A stretch of 20,000 bases of DNA from Candidatus Zixiibacteriota bacterium (lineage in GTDB: Bacteria; Zixibacteria; MSB-5A5; UBA10806; 4484-95): positions 1 to 20,000 of the forward strand of contig JAOZPT010000047.1 in assembly GCA_029932605.1 (NCBI GenBank). The letters are read 5' to 3'. The notes under the pieces are model-generated. The model saw only the letters and a program-made list of their open reading frames with translations, searched no databases and was not told where the DNA came from. The translations under genes were made by a program, and so were the position numbers. Numbering within the stretch: position 1 is the stretch's first letter; each line of letters starts with the position of its first letter. This document shows, piece by piece, positions 7,846 to 16,800 of this stretch.

Positions 7846-10800
7846 TTACTCCTCCGGTATATAAATACTTGTCCAGAATTCCTCGGATACAAGCCCAATA
7901 CCATTTATCGTTCTTACACCTATATAGTATGTGTTACCACCGGTCATCCCTAAAATCCCATACATGATCCAACGTTCATAAACCAAACCGGAACCATACC
8001 AATCAAAGACATCCGTTGAACCATTTGAGGTTCCAATGGCATATTCGATATCTTCAATACCTGATTCAGGATCAGATACATTCGAAAACACTAACCTTAG
8101 AAGTAAAGGACCACGGCCACCTTGACGCTCCAAGGACGGTGATACAATTGGAGTAATAGGGGGTGTCGAATCGATGATATATGGACCGGTTACACAACTG
8201 CCGCTGATCATGCCGGCATTATTCACTGCTCGCAAACTTATATAACAGGTTGTTCCCTGAGCAAGTCCTAAATCCGGCAGGACCCAGGATTCGGCTACAC
8301 CAATATCCGAATTATCAAAATCAATAGTGTCATTGTTCCAATCAACGATATCGGTACCACCAGGCACGGTACCCACTGCTATCTGATAACCTCTCAGGTC
8401 TGTTTCGTAATCATGAGATCTCTCCGAGAAGATTAAATAATTTGTACCCGCTGGCAATCCATAACATAGGGCTGCAGTTGGATCTGATGGCGGACTTGGA
8501 TCTGGAGGTATGTGTGGACCACTACGAAATGGCTCACTTGTCAGTCCAGCATAGTTTATCGCTTCTACATCTATATAGAACGAATCAAGATATTCAACGA
8601 TACCACCGGTAACGGTTACTCCAAGATCATTTCCAATAAAAATCCAGTCATCTGTCCTAACTGTCGTATCGCTGGCGGATATAACTCTATATTGATACCC
8701 AAGGATATACGATTGTGAATCGGAACTTGCATACCATAATGTGGTAATAGATGGTGGCTCACCTGGCACGTGCGGTTCATAATAAGGCATAGATGGCCCT
8801 ATAGGAGGTACAAGTTCGGGCGGCAAAGGAACGGGAGGAATAACTGTTGGTGGAGTATATGGATAAAACTCTGGCCCTTCCCACTCATAGTAATATCTAG
8901 CGGTAGGAGTTGGTGGTGGTGATGTGTCAATGATTAGATTGGCTTTGCCATTCGCACTCCACATATTTTCACCATTCCGGGCTACCACATTAAGACAATA
9001 AAACCCTCCATGTTGCAATTGCAGGTCATATATTGTGGCTTCCGTGAGACCACCCGCTGAAGTCCAGCCAAGTATCGAAGTGTCACCAGGTGAAGTACCG
9101 ATCGAATACAGGTATTCCACTATACCTGATTCGTTATCGTATGACGACCAGCTTGCCGTAGTATAATCTGTAAACGGTGAGTAATAGTAAAGAGTGTGAC
9201 CGGCACTATATCTACTTTCGTAATACGGGAATGTAACTGTCGGTGTGGCGGGTGCGGTAACATCACCACCCATATTGTAATTTTCATATGAACCAACTCC
9301 TCCTCCACCATCGGGTGAGAAGTAAGTGACAAAGTTAACCTGCCTTTGGTTTGTGTAGCCCGCACCTGCTCGAGCCCTCAGAGTTAATGTCCAGTTACTG
9401 GATGTCTGGTCCTCCTGTTGGAGGAAATACCTCACCATATTCATCCGTCGGCCAATGCTCTGTAGGCCAATCTCCGGAGGTGTTGGATGTTCTTGCTCAT
9501 TAAACAAGATAGCATATTCAGATATACCGCGCGGATGAGAGGCTGACCAATTCATTGCCCCGTAATTATAATAATCTGCATTATAAGTAGTTACATTGAT
9601 CGTATTAAGTTGAGGTACTTGTAAATCGTTCATTAAATCGGCTTTTTTGCTGATAACCTGATCATGTGGAATCAGCCATTCAACCGTATCGGGCTGGCTC
9701 TCCTGCCATTCACCATAAAGTGCCAGAATATCGTATAGTTTTTCCGTAAGAATGACTTTAGCATCAAAAATAGGATCGATTGCCGTGGTATATGCCGATT
9801 GGGCATAACCGACATTGTTTAATTCATCCCTGAGTTGGACAGGTGATTCGCTGGTAATTGTAGCGGTTGCAACCGAATCTAAATGCTGGAAACCTAAATA
9901 GCACATATCGAACCATAGTTGCATACCGACAGCCAATGAAAGCTCTCTTTTTACACCAACGCTTAATGTATTCCATCTCGAATTGAATGCTGCTAAACTA
10001 TCTTCTATGCCACCTACCATTCTGAGCTTGAGCAATGCCTCTTTCCTCGCCCAGGTCAAATCTCGCAATTCTGGTAAAAGTGTATCGCCGATAGGATGCA
10101 TGGAAAGATGAAGTGACTTAAAAGATAAGATCGCTTGTAAAGTCTCATGGAGTTCTTGAAGTTCACTAGCTTTTTCACGTGCATATTCCTGCTCCTGACG
10201 ATTATAAGACACGCGATTAAAATAAAATTGGCCAATCTTATACATCAAGTTCGCATAATTTTGCCCAACTTGATCAAAGCTAATTTCTCCACCAGATCCG
10301 CTTAATGCATCATCAACAGACTGAATAGCACTTTCTAAAGTGTTAATTTTATCGACAATAAGCGCTTCATATTCTCCGAAGTCTTCCTCAGCCTGTTCCA
10401 AAACATCTTTGTTACTATTAGCTAAAATCTCATCAAGAGTGAAATCAGGCTGGCTGATAGCTCTTTTATATGTCGTATCGCCCTGGACATATTCCTCTGT
10501 CACAGGGTCATCAAGGTTGTATGATCTAACAGGGTCGCCCAATACATATTCAAGCTCTGGTATCCCGGCCAAGGTGGCTGATATCTGATTCAGACGATTG
10601 GAAATCTGATTACGATCATCGTTCGATGATTCAACCAAATTATCCACTCGATTTCTAAGCGTCCTTATAGAATCACGTGCAGCATGTGGTGGAGCATCAG
10701 GGGAGAAAAAGAAGTTTTCGTAAATGTAGGGTATTTGCACTATTTCCTGCAGATAAGAACTACGAAACATAGCCCATTGCGAAGAACAAATATCCCAATC

Positions 10801-13800
10801 AAAAAATCCATGATCCTGGCACCAATTCCAATTTATTGCAGCCGGAACCTCACCATAGCTAAGTTCCATTTCATCTAATTCACCAACATCGGCTAAGAAG
10901 AGTATTACAAACCACTGTAGCCAAGGATTATCACCCCTTAATAGCTGGCCAGCCTTGTAAAGATTATTAAATGCTTCAACCAACTCCTCGTCGGTTAAAA
11001 GGAATGATTGAACGATAGCCTCATCAATGGCATCCTGAGCCTCCTCTGCTTCCTCTTCCATATCCTCACCAATACTTTTAGCCTCGTCAATTAAGTCATC
11101 CATCTCCGAGTTTCGCCCCGTTCCTCCAGAAATACTCCCATCCTCGATTTTACACCAGACACTGGCCGATTTGCAGATACCAAGAACACATCCCTTTATT
11201 CCGGCCAAGCCAAAGATATACCAGCTCCCATCAGCGCCTATCAGGGCTGCCTCCAACCAACCCTTAGCCGATACAAGACCCCAAAACGCTTCAGCAGAAA
11301 CCCAAACCTTGGCATACATGCCCCAGGAAACGTTTACCACATACCAGGCCATAGCCTCGAAACCCGCGTTCACCTCAAGGACCCAGATGCTCCAATGATA
11401 AGATATGCTCATCTGGATAAAGAAACCGGGATTGCCAATAAACAACTCAGCATTAGCGTCGAGGAGATGCATAATTGATAAGTCAATCGCACCCTTAATC
11501 CCCCAGGCATCCTCACCGTAAACATAGAAAGCTAACTCGGTTTGACCGTTAATGAAATCCCCCACGGTAACATCGACAGTTATGTTACCCTCAGCATAAC
11601 CGCTCATGAAACCAACACACAGATATATCGAACCATTCAAATAGGTATCCTGATTGAGAAGTACTACTCGTCCATCAAGCCTGAAATATCCCTCTGTAAT
11701 TGTAAGAAGAACGCTACCAGAGACCAGATAATCTTGGACGATGGCAACCTGGGCATATAACAACACAGCAAAACTACCAGGGTCGCTGATACGTCCGCTG
11801 GCTGGATTATCACCGCCAAAGCCCGCCATTTCTCTTACAAGAGCCAGATCGCACTCGGTGGGATTATAGAAGAACCCTCCACCTACACCTGTTAAAACTA
11901 AACATGGCGGTATAGTAATCGAAACATCCATAGCTACGAATAAACCAAAACTGGTTTCATCGTTTATATGAGCAATCTTACCCACCACCACAATTCCATA
12001 GGTGTTAACAAATAACCCTTGCCCTCCCATAAGCAGTGAGAATCCCTCATTTCCAACCTGTTCATATGTAAGGTCTATACTAAATTCAACGAGATCTGGT
12101 ATGTTAACATAAGCGCTATCGATAATGATATGAGTGGAGTTTTCTGTGGTATAGGTAAGAAATTCCCTGATACCTCCTCCTCCAACTCCAGCTATATCAA
12201 TAGAAGCACCAAACCTGAAGAAGCTGGTTACATGAATAGTCTGCGTTTCCGGTGGATTGGGACCCTGGTCCCCCATGCTTTCACATGAAGCGCCGCCTGT
12301 TACCTGAATATCCGTTGGTACACTACTATACCCTATATTGCTTATGGTTATCGTTACGATATCTGTTATAGTAATATCACCACCGGTAATGGAGCCAGCC
12401 AGGTTTTCAACGTTACCACTTGAGGTTACATGTAAATCTTCAAATTGCAATCCTCCACCGACACCTTCCACATTCACATTTAATTTCCCCGAGATAGAAA
12501 GTGCAAAATCGCTTGTCTCAGAATCAAATGAGGCAAATATCAATGAATCAAGCTTGAGAGCTTCCCAGTTTACATCAAACATACCCGGTGCAGATTGCAG
12601 ATTCCCCCAGCGGACAGTTCCATCAAACTTGATCTCCAATCCAGGAGTTACAACACCACCCGAACGAGTTCCTATATGAAGCCATTTATTTGCATCACTC
12701 ATGAAATAGATATCTGCAACCATCTGTAACGAGCTTTGCTCTAAGTTGCCAAAGTTGAATCCTAAAGCGGCATAGGTGGGATCAAATGTGGCTACCCAGA
12801 GATCAAATTCACTCTGGTCATCGCCACCCAATCCCGGTGTTTCATCAATAATGCTGATATTAGCACCACCAGAAACCGTTCCGTCAGGATTAATCGAGAA
12901 ATTGAAAGTCTGCTTTGAAGTATCACATGGTTCAGGCAGTCTGGCAAAACCCTCTACGACTAAAGCACTGGACTGTATTCCAAGCTCGGTTAAGGCTATA
13001 TAGTCATCAACTATATAAAACTCACCACTTATAAGGCTAACACCAGCAATACTGACTGAGCCATCAGTGCCGATTTTTAAGCCATGAAACGAGCTCGTAT
13101 TATTGAGAAATTCAAGCTCACCGCTTAGGGATAAATAGAATATATTGTTTTCATAATCGAAAGAAATTCCGGGATAACCCTCTATATCTTTAATTTCAAA
13201 TTGAGCGCTGAACAATTCAAAATTCAGGAAATCCTCAGGAGTTGTTATATTTATATCCGGAATCGTTACCCCATCAGGTGAAATCTGCAAACCGGCAAAT
13301 GAGACAGAAAACCCATCACCAAAATCTGTTAGGCTCAAAGTTCCGGAGAGCGTTAGAGCAATACTTCCCTCCGGGAAGCTCAAATCAAAAGCCGGGTTGT
13401 CCGCAATCGGCTCTGGTCTGAACGTTGCAATGTACAATGGCAATGCTGCATCGGGTAGATGAGAAATATCGAAACCAAAACCGAACTCGCCATTTTCCCA
13501 TACAGCCACATAATGGATCGCCGCCGTGTCGGATTCACTACTGAAAAATTGAGTCTGGATATCTCCGGATAATCTAAATGATAAATCATCGACGCCAAAA
13601 GTCGCATTAACGCCACCCACTTTGAAATTAAACATGTCACCGATAGGAACATCAGCGATATAATCATCAAGTTGCTGGTAATATTCGCTGAAAGTACCCA
13701 TGTTCACAGAACCGGAAAATCCCTCTGTGGAGATAACCAACGAATCTAAACTTACATTGACACTGCCAAGCGCTTCGGGTAAAGCTATCCGTGCACTGGC

Positions 13801-16800
13801 TATAAGTGCAGGAGCTCCCTGAAAATGAGAGAACAGCAACTGCGTAAGGTCTAGAGGGATACCAGCCGATGCTAATGATAAAAGTGACTCTGCCCCCTCA
13901 GGCGGTGAAACATCGATTGAGCCCTCAACCAATTCAAAAGTAGAAACATTGACGGTGACACCAAAAGCTATACCAAATGACGGTGGCTCCGGTGCTTCAT
14001 ATTGAAGTGCTGGAATGACAAGCTGAACCTGCTCACCCGGACGGGTCGAGATGTGTAACCCATTCGAAACCGGCTCAGTTTGGACTAAAACCTCCTCGCC
14101 ATCTTTTAACACAATGTAAGCGATACTGGTATCGGGTAATGGTAGTTTTTCGGGAAGGGGTATTATGCCAAACAAATCACCGGGATGGAAACCATCGCTA
14201 TCCAGTACGGCAACGAGTGTTTCATCCAGGAAAAACTCAGCCTGGCCTGATGTGACACCGAAAGGAGAAAAACCGATATTGAATGACTCAGAGAACAGGC
14301 ATCGGATATTGGTATAATCCTCTCCATTAAAGCGTATAAACACATCGGTTTCACCGCTGGCGGCAAAGCCATTGGAGCTCAGTGAGATATTTTCCGGAAG
14401 GGTTAACCGTACGCCCGTAACTTCGGTAATAGGAGCGGATATATCAACAGCGCTCCACTCCAACCCGCCAAGCTCAGTTATAAACTTAAGGGCAAATTGA
14501 CTGGTAAACGTGGCCTCGCCCGAGACAATATTGAAATCGGTTATGTCGAATACCAGATTGTTGAAGTTTACACCTACAGTGGCTCCCTCGGATAGAATCA
14601 GCGTGTTAAAGCCGTTTATCAGCAAACCGCTGGAATTAAGAACAGCGTTGTTGATAGTGAAAACAAGGACAGGGTCATCCTGAGGAATCTGCCACCGGAA
14701 AGGATCGGTAACGGCAATTTCACCGTCTAATATTCGAGCGTTTATCAAATCAAAGCTAAGACTTCCTGCGGCGGTGATTGTATCGCCCTCGGAAGTGCCA
14801 GGAATACGCAACACACCGCTTAAGTCCATAATTGCACTCTGCTGGTCACCAGCTATTGCCAGTTGAACATTTGAGTTGGTTACAGCAAGTTGCCCAAATC
14901 CAATATCAAGTGGACAACCTGGTATGAAATCGGTTAAGGTTCCAGTTATATGACCATTGCTATCGATTGTAAAAGCTGTCGACATGACATCGGCCACACC
15001 ACTGTCTGCATCACAGCGGAGCACCTCCGGCATCTGTATATCGCCCCTGAAAGTTATATTGAAGTTTTGAATATCGTCTATTACAGCCAGGTCACCGCCG
15101 ATTTCCCGAACAAAGAAATTCAAACCGCCACCAAGTGGAAGCAGTAAGCCCGGTAAATCGAACTCCTTGGTTTCAAGAGAACCGGTGATTTTGCCATTCA
15201 GATAACCGGCATTTAAGATGGTTACTTGTGGGTTTCGTAAATCAGGTGGTACGAATTCCGGGAACTCGGGGAAGCTAAGCTCGAAATCAAAAGCAAATCC
15301 CCAATCCTCAAGAGGACCTCCGCTGAAATTGAACCAGTCGAACGTAAAGGCACTCATGCGAAAAGCTAAAGGCTTTAGCCCAAATCCATAAAATGTATAA
15401 GCAGAATCGGAAAGCTCTGGAATCGAGTATTCGGGGATATAAATACCATTTTTACTGATTACAACACCCGACATCTGGGGAAGCTGGAAACCGATGTCGG
15501 GGAAACCAAAACCTAAGTCCACACCGATTTCAAAATCCCAGCCGGCAATAAGATCATAAGTCAGTGATGGTATAGTGAAATTCGAGAAATACATGTCCAG
15601 CGTGCCAAGGTTAAGTGCAGGTAGCTGGGTTGGAGTATCAACATCAAATCCTCGAATTTCAAGGCCATATTCGGTGATACCAATTTCCGTTGAGGCTCCA
15701 TAGCTGGTGGTATCATCGAGGTTCAAACGAATACCACCGGTGAGACTTAAGTCAAATGAGATGTCCAGTGGTATAAATTGAGTTTCAAACGAACCGGCGA
15801 TATTAGAAATACTCAATGTAAGGTTATCGCTTCCGTTAACCAAGGGTATTTCCTGAGCCACTGGAAAATCAATCGAACCCAGCAAACGGCCATCCGGCAT
15901 AAGTGTTAGTTGGAAAATCTCATCGCTAATACTGGTATCAAACAGTTTTAACCGTCCTCCCAACTGGAAAACATTCAAACCATTAACATCACCGTATACC
16001 AGGTTTCGCAATTCAAAGGGAATTCCCAGTGAACTCAAATCAAAATCAGCATACTGTTCCGGCGGAACCGTGACATTAATTGAACCATCAACCAGATTCC
16101 TTGATACGGGGTCGATAGTGAAATCAAATTCGATATTTAACTGCGGTGGCTGAGGACGGCCAAGCTGTAACGATGTCATTACCAAGCTCACCGGCTGGCC
16201 AGGGCGAGTATAAAGACGTAAACCGCTGTCAACAAACTCGTGATCTACCAGCAATTCATCGCCATCTTTAATCTGCAAATAAGCAATGTCCTCGACCGGT
16301 AAACCCAGGTGCTCCGGTAAAAAAGCCATTCCAAAATAGCTCAAATCAGGGAAGAAACCACGTGAATCTATCAAGGCGATACAATGCTCACCGGAGAAAA
16401 ACTCCAATTGCCCAGATGAAACCTTGAAGGGGCTTAACGAAAAAGCAAAATCCGAAGAATATACTCCTGATAACGATGGTAAATCATAACCATCGAAACG
16501 AAGATGAATAGCCGAAGAACCACTGACAGCAAATCCATCAGCATCTATCGAGATCGAATTTGGCAGCTCCAGTAAAATCCCCAGCTCTTCGGTAAGCTCT
16601 GTACCCTGTGGTACAGCCTGGTAAACCAGTTCATCTCCATCAAATGCCACCTTGAAAGCAAACGGCATATCAAAAGACACATTACCGGAATTTATTCTGA
16701 AATCATCCCAACATACTGCCAAATTATCGAAAGTCACACCCAAAGTTGCCTCATCGCCAAGTTGTAACGACTGCCTGCCATTGATGACGATGCCTTCCTC

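Noticed and set aside
7846..8100. T9SS C-terminal sorting domain or autotransporter barrel at the end of the giant protein
   Set aside because: The last ~100 aa are another copy of the DPESGI...IGT repeat. There is no YPNP...KxxK type-A CTD pattern and no terminal aromatic beta-signal.
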